Shown in pieces: positions 1 to 8,904 of a stretch of 24,000 nt of DNA. Origin of the DNA: Candidatus Electronema sp. JC. Lineage in GTDB: Bacteria > Desulfobacterota > Desulfobulbia > Desulfobulbales > Desulfobulbaceae. Position 1 is the first letter of the stretch. Every line of letters begins with the position of its first letter. Location: assembly GCF_048287365.2 (NCBI RefSeq), contig NZ_JBLWEM020000070.1, positions 98,456 through 122,455 on the forward strand. Direction: 5' to 3'. The notes below the pieces were generated by a model. That model saw nothing but the letters and a program-made list of their open reading frames with translations. It made no database searches and was not told where the DNA came from. Made by a program: the position numbers and the translations under genes.

Positions 1-653
1 ACCGCACTTTCGGCTTTGACACCGCTGTGGCCACCGCCACTGAGGCGCTCGACAAGCTGCATTCCACCGCCAAGTCCCACGACCGGGTGCTGGTGGTCGA
101 GGTCATGGGCCGCGAGTCCGGCTGGATCGCCCTGTACTCCGGCATTTCCGGCGGCGCGGACGTGGTGCTGCTGCCGGAGCTTCCTTTTGACATGGAGGCG
201 GTCTGCGCGAAAATCACTGAGAATGAACTGCACGGCAAACGCTACTCCATTGTCGTTGTCGCGGAAGGCGCCAAGGCCGAGGGCGGCAAGGTGCTTGACC
301 GGGGCGCAGGCGAAGCCGGGCGGGCCGAGGTCGTGCTGGGCGGCATCGGCGAATGGGTGGCTGAGGAAATCCGGCAGCGGATCGGCAAGGACACCCGCTC
401 TTTGGTGCTGGGTCACTTGCAGCGCGGCGGCTCGCCCACCACCTTTGACCGCCTCTTGGCCCTGCGTTTCGGGGCGGCGGCGGTGCGCATGGCCGAGGCA
501 GGCCAGTTTGACCACATGGTGGCCTGGACTCCGCCGACCATGTCCGCTGTGCCGCTGGAGGAGGCCATCCGCTGCCGCAAGCATGTTGACCTGAACAGCG
601 ACAAGGTGCTGACCGCCCGCTCCATCGGCATCTGCCTCGGCGACCGGGAATAG
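1..653 (+). CDS. pfkA: 6-phosphofructokinase, C-terminal part (5' end lies outside the window; frame 3)
   Basis: Frame-3 translation from nt 3 reads RTFGFDTAVATATEALDKL...VLVVEVMGRESGWIALYSGISGGADVVLLPE...IVVVAEGAK...LGHLQRGG. These are the PFK-family GFDTA, MGR-x-G and LGH-QRGG motifs. Stop TAG at 651-653. Confidence 0.9.
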   Translation, partial: RTFGFDTAVATATEALDKLHSTAKSHDRVLVVEVMGRESGWIALYSGISGGADVVLLPELPFDMEAVCAKITENELHGKRYSIVVVAEGAKAEGGKVLDRGAGEAGRAEVVLGGIGEWVAEEIRQRIGKDTRSLVLGHLQRGGSPTTFDRLLALRFGAAAVRMAEAGQFDHMVAWTPPTMSAVPLEEAIRCRKHVDLNSDKVLTARSIGICLGDRE

Positions 654-655
654 CC

Positions 656-1348
656 ATGCGCACGGCGGCAGTTCTGCGCGACATCTATCACCGCCTGCTG
701 GCGCATTTCGGCCCGCAGCATTGGTGGCCCGGCGGCAGCCCCTTTGAAATCATGACCGGGGCCATCCTCACGCAGAATACAAATTGGAGCAACGTTGCAA
801 AGGCGATTGCCAACCTTAAGGCAGCAGGGCTGCTCGCTCCGGCGCAGCTTGCCGCTTTGTCAGCGGGAGAGCTGGCTGAGATAATCCGGCCAGCCGGGTA
901 TCACAATCTGAAAGCCGCCCGGCTGAAAAATCTGCTTGCCCTGATTGCGGAACAGGGCGGCGTGGAGACCCTGCTGGCGCAGCCGACCGCGATGCTGCGC
1001 GAGCTGCTGCTGGGGGTGAAGGGCATCGGCCCGGAGACAGCGGACTCCATCGTTCTCTACGCCGCAGGCCGACCGGTCTTTGTTGTTGATGCCTATACGC
1101 ACCGCATCCTCTTCCGGCACGGCCTGATCAGCGAAGACTGCGACTATTTCCAGATGCAGGAGCTGTTCATGGACCATCTGGAAGAGGATGCGGCCCTTTT
1201 CAATGAGTACCATGCCCTCATCGTCCGCGTCGGCAAGGAGTTTTGCAAAAAATCCAAGCCGAGATGCGAAGGCTGCCCGTTATCCGCCGCAGGAGAGGAA
1301 GATTTTTTGTCCCAACAAGCATGGCATCTGCAAGATGATCTGATTTGA
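656..1348 (+). CDS. Endonuclease III-like HhH-GPD family protein
   Basis: ATG lies 2 nt after the pfk stop. Contains ILTQNTNW, the helix-hairpin-helix LLGVKGIGPETADSIVLYA followed by VVDAYTHRI, and a C-terminal CKKSKPRCEGC. Only three Cys of the usual C-x6-C-x2-C-x5-C cluster are visible. Confidence 0.8.
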   Translation: MRTAAVLRDIYHRLLAHFGPQHWWPGGSPFEIMTGAILTQNTNWSNVAKAIANLKAAGLLAPAQLAALSAGELAEIIRPAGYHNLKAARLKNLLALIAEQGGVETLLAQPTAMLRELLLGVKGIGPETADSIVLYAAGRPVFVVDAYTHRILFRHGLISEDCDYFQMQELFMDHLEEDAALFNEYHALIVRVGKEFCKKSKPRCEGCPLSAAGEEDFLSQQAWHLQDDLI

Positions 1349-1382
1349 GTGGAACGCAGCAAAATATCGCTTCTTTGCCTGA

Positions 1383-2036
1383 TCAGCGGCAAAACTCCCG
1401 CACGCCGTGAAAGCTGCGGCGGTGGATGGGGGAAGGGCCGTGCTCGGCAATGGCGGCGCGGTGGGCTTTGGTGGGATAGCCTTTGTGCTGGAGGAAATTG
1501 TACTGCGGATAGTGCTCGTGACAGTCAGCCATCAGGTGGTCGCGGATGACTTTGGCGACAATGGAGGCGGCGGCGATGGACGCGCTTTTGGATTCGCCTT
1601 TGACCAAGGCTAACTGGGGCAGATTGACCGGCACTTTGAACAGGCCATCAACCAAGAGATAATCAGGATGTTTTCCCGCGCTGTCGGCGCAATTCTCGAC
1701 TGCCCGGCGCATGGCCAGCAGCGAGGCGCGGTGGATATTGAGCTGGTCAATCTCTTCCGCCGAAGCAAGGCCGATGCCAATCAGAGCGGTTGAACGGCGC
1801 AGATCGCTGTAGAGCCGCTCGCGGCGGAGCGGAGTCAACTTTTTGGAATCTTTCCAGCGGGAATAGTCGCTGTCAGGGGGAAGGATGACGCAGGCCGCCG
1901 TTACTGGCCCAGCCAGCGGACCTCGTCCGGCTTCGTCCACTCCGGCGACATGGAGCAGACCATGCTTATGCAGGCGGCGTTCATGAAAAAAGGTGTTCCC
2001 GCCGGGCTGCGGCGGGAACAGGAAGGCATCGTCCAA
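1383..2036 (-). CDS. rnhB: Ribonuclease HII
   Basis: HVAGVDEAGRGPLAGPV catalytic motif and overall RNase HII layout. No in-frame ATG lies upstream of the active site. The start is most likely TTG at 2034-2036, 6 nt after the rplS stop, so the start coordinate is less certain than the call. Confidence 0.9.
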   Translation of the reverse strand: MDDAFLFPPQPGGNTFFHERRLHKHGLLHVAGVDEAGRGPLAGPVTAACVILPPDSDYSRWKDSKKLTPLRRERLYSDLRRSTALIGIGLASAEEIDQLNIHRASLLAMRRAVENCADSAGKHPDYLLVDGLFKVPVNLPQLALVKGESKSASIAAASIVAKVIRDHLMADCHEHYPQYNFLQHKGYPTKAHRAAIAEHGPSPIHRRSFHGVREFCR

Positions 2037-2042
2037 CAGGCA

Positions 2043-2408
2043 TCAGGCCCCAGCCTGCTTGTTGTTCCGCTGCCGCTCGCTGATGCGGGCTGCCTTGCCG
2101 CGCAGGTCGCGCAGGTAGTAGAGCCGTGAGCGGCGCACCTTGCCGTGCGAAACCACTTCAATTTTGTCAATCCGGGGAGAATGTGTGGCAAAGGTCTTCT
2201 CCACGCCCACGCCGTGGGAAATCTTCCGCACGGTGAAGCTGGCATTCATCATGCCGCGCTTCCGCTTGAGCACCACGCCCTGAAATATCTGCACCCGCTC
2301 CTTGTTGCCCTCGATGATGCGGATATGCACTTTGACATTGTCGCCGGGACGGAAGTCCGGGTGGTCGAAGCGCATGGATTCTTGGTCAATTCTGTCAATG
2401 ATGTTCAT
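2043..2408 (-). CDS. rplS: 50S ribosomal protein L19
   Basis: [52 protein letters not shown]... (121 aa) starting at ATG 2406-2408. The longer 230-aa ORF in the track is an upstream extension running through the neighbouring gene. Confidence 0.97.
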   Translation of the reverse strand: MNIIDRIDQESMRFDHPDFRPGDNVKVHIRIIEGNKERVQIFQGVVLKRKRGMMNASFTVRKISHGVGVEKTFATHSPRIDKIEVVSHGKVRRSRLYYLRDLRGKAARISERQRNNKQAGA

Positions 2409-3045
2409 GTTCGTCCTCTTGCGCGGGCCTGCCGCTTGATGGTTCGTAGTTGTCGCAATGCTGACCAGCCTCTTCCCGGCGGCCCAGCAGTCTGTCGAGC
2501 ACGATGGATGCGGCGGACCGCACCGAAAGATGATTGTACGCCCCCGGCCCGGAGATGGGCGGCAGCATCGCGTCCGCCAGCTCCAAGGCTTCCGGGGCCA
2601 GCCCCCACGCTGTGCCAAAAAGCAGCAGCACGGGCAACTTTTCACCGATGATTTCTTGGCGCAAAGCGGCGAAGCTGACGCGCTTCTTATCGGCAGATGC
2701 TGCGCTGGTGGCCACCACTTTGGGCCTGCGGCCATGCTGCCGGGTCATCTCGTCAATGACCTCCGTCAAGCTGGCGCGTATTTTGATCAAGGACAAAGCT
2801 GCGGCTCGGTCGCTGTCCGCCACGCCGCCGTAGCCCTCAGTCCAGTGGCCGACGATCCCGGCGGCCAGCTCCTGCTGGAGCGGATAGGGCGTGACCACCC
2901 AGTACGCGCTCACACCGAAGGTCTTGCTTGCTCTGGCGATGTCGTGCAGATCGAGATTGGTCACTGCCGAGCCGATGATCTCGCCGTGCCGGTTGACCAC
3001 CGGATGGTGGATCAGAGCCACATCGAGATGAAATTCAGCATCCAT
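2395..3045 (-). CDS. Predicted SAM-dependent RNA methyltransferase (Methyltrn_RNA_4 / SPOUT-like family often found between trmD and rplS)
   Basis: [45 protein letters not shown]...[10 protein letters not shown]...[16 protein letters not shown]. Its position between trmD and rplS matches the conserved arrangement recalled from Geobacter-type genomes. The ATG at 3043-3045 overlaps the trmD end by 11 nt, and the 3' end overlaps the rplS start by 14 nt. Family assignment is from memory, not from a search. Confidence 0.7.
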   Translation of the reverse strand: MDAEFHLDVALIHHPVVNRHGEIIGSAVTNLDLHDIARASKTFGVSAYWVVTPYPLQQELAAGIVGHWTEGYGGVADSDRAAALSLIKIRASLTEVIDEMTRQHGRRPKVVATSAASADKKRVSFAALRQEIIGEKLPVLLLFGTAWGLAPEALELADAMLPPISGPGAYNHLSVRSAASIVLDRLLGRREEAGQHCDNYEPSSGRPAQEDEHEHH

Positions 3046-3796
3046 GTCCGGCTCGTGCCTGCTGCACCTGTGCATAAAGTCCGGCCCTTTTCAGCTGTTT
3101 TTGCTCGGCGGATGAAAACTGCGCCTCAGCCAGCAGCTCAGGCCGCCGCACCAAGGTCAACCGCACCGATTCCAAAAAACGGTGCTCCTCAATTTTAGCG
3201 TGATCGCCGCTCATCAGCACTTCTGGCACTTCCAGTCCGGCGAATTCACGCGGTCTTGTATATTGCCCGTGCTTGAGCAGATTGCGACTGAAGCTGTCTT
3301 TAGCCGCCGAATCCGCGCAGCCAAGCACTCCTGGCAGCAATCTGGTCACGGAATCCACCACCACCAAAGCGGCCAGTTCGCCACCGGTAAGAATGTAGTC
3401 GCCGATGGACAGCTCCTCGTCAACGTGCAAGCGGCAGAACCGCTCATCCACACCCTCGTAACGCCCGCAGACCAGCACGATTTTTTCCAGTCCGGCCAGC
3501 CGCTCAGCAGTACGCTGATTGTACACTGCGCCGCGCGGCGAGAGCAGTATCACTCGTCCCGGCGCATCACCCTGCACGTCATGCAGACAGGCGGCCAACG
3601 GCTCCGGCTTCATCACCATGCCCTCGCCGCCGCCGAATGGGCGGTCGTCGGTCATGGCGTGCTTGTCCTCGGCCCAGTCGCGGATGTTGTGCAAATGGAC
3701 CTGAATCTGCCCGGCAGCCAAGGCGCGCCGGATGATGCCCTCTTGCAGCGGCGAGGCGAGCAGCTCCGGGAAAATGCTCAGTATGTCAAAACGCAC
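3035..3796 (-). CDS. trmD: tRNA (guanine37-N1)-methyltransferase
   Basis: RFDILSIFPELLASPLQEGIIRRA...DDRPFGGGEGMVMKPEPL...LVCGRYEGVDERF...SIGDYILTGGELAALVVVDSV. The start is GTG at 3794-3796, 1 nt after the rimM stop. Confidence 0.97.
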   Translation of the reverse strand: MRFDILSIFPELLASPLQEGIIRRALAAGQIQVHLHNIRDWAEDKHAMTDDRPFGGGEGMVMKPEPLAACLHDVQGDAPGRVILLSPRGAVYNQRTAERLAGLEKIVLVCGRYEGVDERFCRLHVDEELSIGDYILTGGELAALVVVDSVTRLLPGVLGCADSAAKDSFSRNLLKHGQYTRPREFAGLEVPEVLMSGDHAKIEEHRFLESVRLTLVRRPELLAEAQFSSAEQKQLKRAGLYAQVQQARAGHGC

Positions 3797-3797
3797 G

Positions 3798-4328
3798 TCA
3801 GGCGTTGATCTCCAAGAGACCGGACGGCAACGCCATGATCAAGGCATCTTCATCCACACGGACGACGAATTCCGGTACTAACGGAATCAGATGCTCCTGA
3901 CCATTGTTCTCGACTTGAAGAATATCTTGTACGCCGCCGTTCAGCAGCCCGGTGATTACACCGACAACTTGGCCGTCTTCGGTCTTGACTGTCTTGCCTT
4001 CCAGATCGCGGAGATAAAATTCCCCGTCCTCCAGCTTCGGCAGGTCGTCCTCATGGATGTAGACATCGGCCCGTTGCAACAGCTCGGCAGCACTGCGGTC
4101 GGAGCAGCCTTCCAGCTTGACTAAAGTCCAGCTCTTGTGCGCCCTTGACTGCTCGACCTTCCATGCCTTCGGCTCCGCGTTTTCGCCGACAACAAGCAGC
4201 AGGCTGCTGTAGCCAAGCAGACTCTCCGGTTCGCCGGAATAAGGGCGGACTTTCAGCTCGCCTTTGATGCCGTGCGGCCCGGAAACCCGGCCCATCAAGA
4301 CAAGACCCTCGTTGTTATCCTCGTCCAT
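3798..4328 (-). CDS. rimM: 16S rRNA processing protein RimM
   Basis: MDEDNNEGLVLMGRVSGPHGIKGELKVRPYSGEPESLL...EFYLRDLEGKTVKTEDGQVVGVITGLL...GQEHLIPLVPEFVVRVD. ATG at 4326-4328 lies directly after the KH-protein stop (4330-4332). The track ORF is extended upstream. Confidence 0.93.
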   Translation of the reverse strand: MDEDNNEGLVLMGRVSGPHGIKGELKVRPYSGEPESLLGYSSLLLVVGENAEPKAWKVEQSRAHKSWTLVKLEGCSDRSAAELLQRADVYIHEDDLPKLEDGEFYLRDLEGKTVKTEDGQVVGVITGLLNGGVQDILQVENNGQEHLIPLVPEFVVRVDEDALIMALPSGLLEINA

Positions 4329-4329
4329 A

Positions 4330-4560
4330 TCACTCAAGGATTTCAAGGCGGCAGCGTTTCTGCCGCTTCTCAGCCGCAGCGGCCAGCACAGTGCGGATAG
4401 AGCGGGCGGTGCGGCCCTGCTTGCCGATGATCTTGCCAAGGTCTTCCTTGGCGACTTTCAGCTCCACCGTCACCGCGTCGACTTCCTCGCGCTGGGAAGC
4501 CTCCACCTGCTCCGGCGCATCCACCAGCTTGGCGGCGATGAACGAGACCAGCTGCTGCAT
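4330..4560 (-). CDS. KH-domain RNA-binding protein (UPF0109-type, rpsP-rimM spacer gene)
   Basis: MQQLVSFIAAKLVDAPEQVEAS...VELKVAKEDLGKIIGKQGRTARSIRTVL, including the GKxGR KH loop. ATG at 4558-4560 lies 4 nt after the rpsP stop. Confidence 0.85.
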   Translation of the reverse strand: MQQLVSFIAAKLVDAPEQVEASQREEVDAVTVELKVAKEDLGKIIGKQGRTARSIRTVLAAAAEKRQKRCRLEILE

Positions 4561-4564
4561 GGCT

Positions 4565-4825
4565 TCAGGCTGCCGTCGCGGCGGCTGCTTTTCTGTTCTG
4601 ATCAATCAGGGTTTTGACAGTCTCGGACGGCAGCGCGCCTTTGCCCATCCAGTCAGACAGCTTGCCCTCGTCAATGCGGATGGCCGCAGGCTCCTGCATC
4701 GGGTCATACGTGCCGACGATGTCCAAGAATTTGCCGTCACGGCAGGAATGGGAGTCTGCGACGATGATGCGGTAGAAGGGCTGTTTTTTGCGGCCTTTTC
4801 TGGTCAGGCGGATTCGTACTGCCAT
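4565..4825 (-). CDS. rpsP: 30S ribosomal protein S16
   Basis: MAVRIRLTRKGRKKQPFYRIIVADSHSCRDGKFLDIVGTYDP. An AGGAGA Shine-Dalgarno lies upstream (minus strand ...acaggagaacagaaaaaaATG). Confidence 0.97.
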   Translation of the reverse strand: MAVRIRLTRKGRKKQPFYRIIVADSHSCRDGKFLDIVGTYDPMQEPAAIRIDEGKLSDWMGKGALPSETVKTLIDQNRKAAAATAA

Positions 4826-4907
4826 TTTTTTCTGTTCTCCTGTGGATGGTGTGCGTCCGGTTGCCCGGCTGGTAATTTTTGCAAAATCCTGTGCGATGCA
4901 GATGTAA

Positions 4908-4927
4908 GGGCGAAAGATTTTTCGCCC
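4908..4927 (-). terminator. Stem-loop 5 nt downstream of the ffh stop (possible weak terminator or processing site between ffh and rpsP)
   Basis: gggcgaaa (4908-4915), loop gatt, tttcgccc (4920-4927): a perfect 8-bp stem. On the minus strand it is not followed by a clear U-tract (ttacatctg), so terminator function is uncertain. Confidence 0.3.
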
Positions 4928-4931
4928 CTGC

Positions 4932-6284
<1,353 letters not shown>

Positions 6285-6347
6285 GATCAGTCCGATAGGA
6301 AAATAATGCCCCGCCATCCTGAACAGCGACTGCGCAGGAAACAAAAA

Positions 6348-6376
6348 TATTTACCTCATGCGCGGGCTTGTGTCAA
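6348..6376 (-). promoter_or_regulatory. Putative sigma70-type promoter for ffh
   Basis: The minus strand reads TTGACA (6376-6371), a 17-nt spacer, then TAAATA (6353-6348), about 60 nt upstream of the ffh ATG. Sequence match only. Confidence 0.5.
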
Positions 6377-6430
6377 GCAGGAAGAAAAAAAGCTGGATTT
6401 CATGGCACTTCCGGCGAAGCTGGCCGAAAC

Positions 6431-7396
6431 TCAGCCGCCTTGAATGATCTGCGCGGCTTTTGCCAACGATTCCGGGCTGTCCGCCTGCACGCAGACTGCC
6501 GCGCTGCCAGCCGGGAGAATTTTCTTCATCAGACCGGTGAGCACTGAGCCTGGGCCAAGCTCCAGAAAAACTTCCACCCCGTCCGCGATCATCTGACAGA
6601 CCGACTCATGCCAGCGCACCCGCGAGGCGATCTGGCGGGCCATGATCGTGCGGATAGCCGCCGGATCCTTTTCCGGCGCAGCAGTGACGTTGAAGAGCAG
6701 CGGCAACTTGGGCGGATTAAAACAGATTTTCTCCATGCAGGCGGCGAAATCCGGCACCGCTCCAGCCACCAGCGGGCTATGATTTGCGCCAGCCACCTTC
6801 AGCGGCACGATCTTCTTGGCCCCAGCGGCTTTGCAGACTTCGCTGAAGCCCTCCAGCCCTTCAGCATCGCCGGAAATGATGATCTGCTGCTGCGAGTTGT
6901 GATTGGCCACGACAACCAGGCCCGCCCCGGCGCAGCTGTTCAGCAGAGGCTCAATTTCCTCAATGCTCAGGCCCAGCACCGCGCGCATTCCGCCGGGATG
7001 AGCGGCGTTCTCGCGCTCCATGAACTCGCCGCGCTTGGTGACAAGGGCGATGGCATCCTCGGCGGACAGCACGCCCGCAGCGTGCAGGGCGGAATATTCG
7101 CCCAGCGAATGCCCGGCAGCCCAGGCCGGAGTAAAGCCGGGCAGCAGTTTGCGCAGCTGCTGCCAGCAGATGAGGTTGACGGCGGTCAATGCGGGCTGAA
7201 GATGGAGGACGCGGGTCAGCTCCTCCAGCGGGCCGTCAAAGCAGAGCCGCCGCAAGGGAAAGCCGGAGACGCGCTCGGCCATGTCGATCAGCGCGGCAGC
7301 CTCAGGATCAGTTTCAATAAAGGCTTTGCCCATGCCGAGATATTGCGAGCCTTGGCCGGGGAAGAGGACTGCTGTTTTTTTCATATGCTTTTTCAT
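6431..7396 (-). CDS. fabD: Malonyl-CoA:ACP transacylase
   Basis: AVLFPGQGSQYLGMG, active-site GHSLGEYSAL, and overall FabD length. Two candidate ATGs exist: 7394-7396 (MKKHMKKTAV...) and 7382-7384 (MKKTAV...). Neither has a Shine-Dalgarno. The 7396 ATG forms an ATGA overlap with the stop of ORF 7393-7779. Confidence 0.94.
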   Translation of the reverse strand: MKKHMKKTAVLFPGQGSQYLGMGKAFIETDPEAAALIDMAERVSGFPLRRLCFDGPLEELTRVLHLQPALTAVNLICWQQLRKLLPGFTPAWAAGHSLGEYSALHAAGVLSAEDAIALVTKRGEFMERENAAHPGGMRAVLGLSIEEIEPLLNSCAGAGLVVVANHNSQQQIIISGDAEGLEGFSEVCKAAGAKKIVPLKVAGANHSPLVAGAVPDFAACMEKICFNPPKLPLLFNVTAAPEKDPAAIRTIMARQIASRVRWHESVCQMIADGVEVFLELGPGSVLTGLMKKILPAGSAAVCVQADSPESLAKAAQIIQGG

Positions 7397-7779
7397 AATT
7401 GAAATTGGTGGATAACTTGCTGCTTCAGCACACAAACATGCACGGTCATCTCTGGCTGGTCTATGTCATGAATGTCCATTTTGGTTTGGCTGATGCAATT
7501 TTTCAGTACGTCCAGCAGCTTGCTCACAGTTGTCCTGTCAGCACTTTCAAGAAGATGAAACCAGAGGGCTGGCTCAGGCTCCCGCAGCAGCTTCTGCACA
7601 TCCTTGCTGACGGACAGAAGATCTTTCCTCTCACAACTGAATCCTTTCGCTTTAAATTCAATATTGCAAATACGGCTGCCGTCCGTATTATACACAGTCA
7701 AGTCAATCCGAGCTGCAACCTCATCCTTTCCTGTAAAGCTGTAGTTTTTTGTGGTGGGTGTTTCTACCGAATATTTCAA
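7393..7779 (-). CDS. Hypothetical small protein, possible PD-(D/E)XK nuclease-fold (low confidence)
   Basis: 128-codon ORF in an AT-rich patch. AARIDLTVYN...ICNIEFKAKG fits a D...E-x-K pattern. Its stop TGA (7393-7395) overlaps the fabD ATG (7394-7396). Weak points: the start is TTG with no Shine-Dalgarno, and there is no in-frame ATG until near the C-terminus. Confidence 0.4.
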   Translation of the reverse strand: MKYSVETPTTKNYSFTGKDEVAARIDLTVYNTDGSRICNIEFKAKGFSCERKDLLSVSKDVQKLLREPEPALWFHLLESADRTTVSKLLDVLKNCISQTKMDIHDIDQPEMTVHVCVLKQQVIHQFQL

Positions 7780-7944
7780 TGAGCTTGTTCTGCACAGTGC
7801 CTCGACTAATGCAAACCGGCCTCCTGTTCACTGACACGCATTTTGCTGTGATGCTGAGGAAAAATGAGACTGTTTGCGCGGTCTTTCTGGCCATGATATG
7901 CGTTCCATAAATATTGGTCGGCAATGTTGCAAAGTTTTAGTATT

Positions 7945-8634
7945 TCAAAATTGAATTGCATGTGCAAGATAAAGCAGAATGATAGTGCCGAAAATTCCGG
8001 CAATCACGATGACGGCCAGCCAAGCGCAGGCTCTGATCAGGCCGTTGCACCGGGGATAATTGAGGCCAAAAGTCTGCGTCAGCGACCAGAAGCCATGGCT
8101 GATGTGCAGAGTCAAAGCCGCCACTCCGACGACGTGGAGCAGTGCTGGCAGCGGCTCGGTCAAGGCCCTGCCGAGCCGTTCGGCTGTCGGCAGAGCTGGG
8201 TCAGCAAACCGCACTGTGGCCAAATGCACGAGGAGGAAAGCCAGCACCGCCGTCCCTGTCCACGGCATGGCCCGCGAGGTCAAGGTCTGTCCTCCGGCGG
8301 CGGCGCTGACGGTGCTCCTGCCGCCTTTGGCCCGGCGGTTGCTGACAAAAAGGCTGAGGCCGGTCAGCGCATGAAGCAGAAAAACAGCAGCCAGCAGCAG
8401 ACCCGCCAGCGGCAGCAGCAGGCGGTATTCGCGCAGATGTTCGGCATAGGCGGTGAACGCTTCACGGCTTTGGAGCAGCAGGCTGTTGCCAGCGGCGTGA
8501 GCCAGCAGGAACAAGCCGAGCAGCAGGCCGGTCATGGCCATGATGTATTTTTTGCCCAGAGAGGAGCGGCAGAGGCGGAGCAGGCGGGACATGCGTCTGA
8601 ACGTGATAATTGACCCGAACATGGGCGGCAGCAT
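7945..8634 (-). CDS. Succinate dehydrogenase / fumarate reductase cytochrome b subunit-like membrane protein (b558 SdhC type)
   Basis: SSLGKKYIMAMTGLLLGLFLLAHAAGN at the N-terminus, about five hydrophobic helices, and conserved His positions (LLHALTG, LLVHLATV, LTLHISHGFWSLTQTFGL). GAGG lies 8 nt upstream of ATG 8632-8634. No sdhA/sdhB follows. Confidence 0.75.
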   Translation of the reverse strand: MLPPMFGSIITFRRMSRLLRLCRSSLGKKYIMAMTGLLLGLFLLAHAAGNSLLLQSREAFTAYAEHLREYRLLLPLAGLLLAAVFLLHALTGLSLFVSNRRAKGGRSTVSAAAGGQTLTSRAMPWTGTAVLAFLLVHLATVRFADPALPTAERLGRALTEPLPALLHVVGVAALTLHISHGFWSLTQTFGLNYPRCNGLIRACAWLAVIVIAGIFGTIILLYLAHAIQF

Positions 8635-8767
8635 TTATTTTACCTCAGAACATGGCATCTTGCAATCGCCGCCTGTCTGCGGCGCTGACAAAAAAGCGTC
8701 CTGCACGAAATTTTGCGCTTTCGCGCATTTTCTCCTTGCGCAGCCAGAAACCGGCTGCGCTTTTGCC

Positions 8768-8796
8768 TTGCCTCACCGCCGGATAGATTATATATT
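8768..8796 (+). promoter_or_regulatory. Putative sigma70-type promoter for the Cys-rich OMP gene
   Basis: TTGCCT (8768-8773), a 17-nt spacer, then TATATT (8791-8796), about 110 nt upstream of ATG 8905. AGGAGA lies upstream of the ATG. Sequence match only. Confidence 0.4.
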
Positions 8797-8904
8797 TATT
8801 ACCAAAATAAAAGCTGCGCCCTCATTGCGCCTGCCTCTTCCGGAACTGACCGGAATAGGTGCCGCCGCTGAGGGGAAAAATCAACCGAAAAGGAGAGTTG
8901 GGAG

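Noticed and set aside
7399-7782. Plus-strand 127-aa ORF mirroring the PD-(D/E)XK-like ORF
   Set aside because: It is exactly antisense to the minus-strand ORF. The translation is Cys/His/Phe/Leu-rich without secondary-structure periodicity, has no ribosome-binding site, and would run head-on into fabD. The minus-strand reading looks more protein-like, although it is itself only low confidence.
7721-8003. Two short minus-strand ORFs (67 and 65 aa) in the AT-rich patch downstream of the cytochrome b gene
   Set aside because: They have no motifs, overlap each other or the 128-codon ORF, and are of a size expected by chance in AT-rich DNA. They may be debris of a decayed gene, but this cannot be supported.
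8653-8664. TGGCAT...TTGCA resembling a sigma-54 -24/-12 promoter in the divergent intergenic region
   Set aside because: The GG-to-GC distance is 8 nt instead of the required ~12 nt (TGGCAC-N5-TTGC), so it does not fit the sigma-54 geometry.
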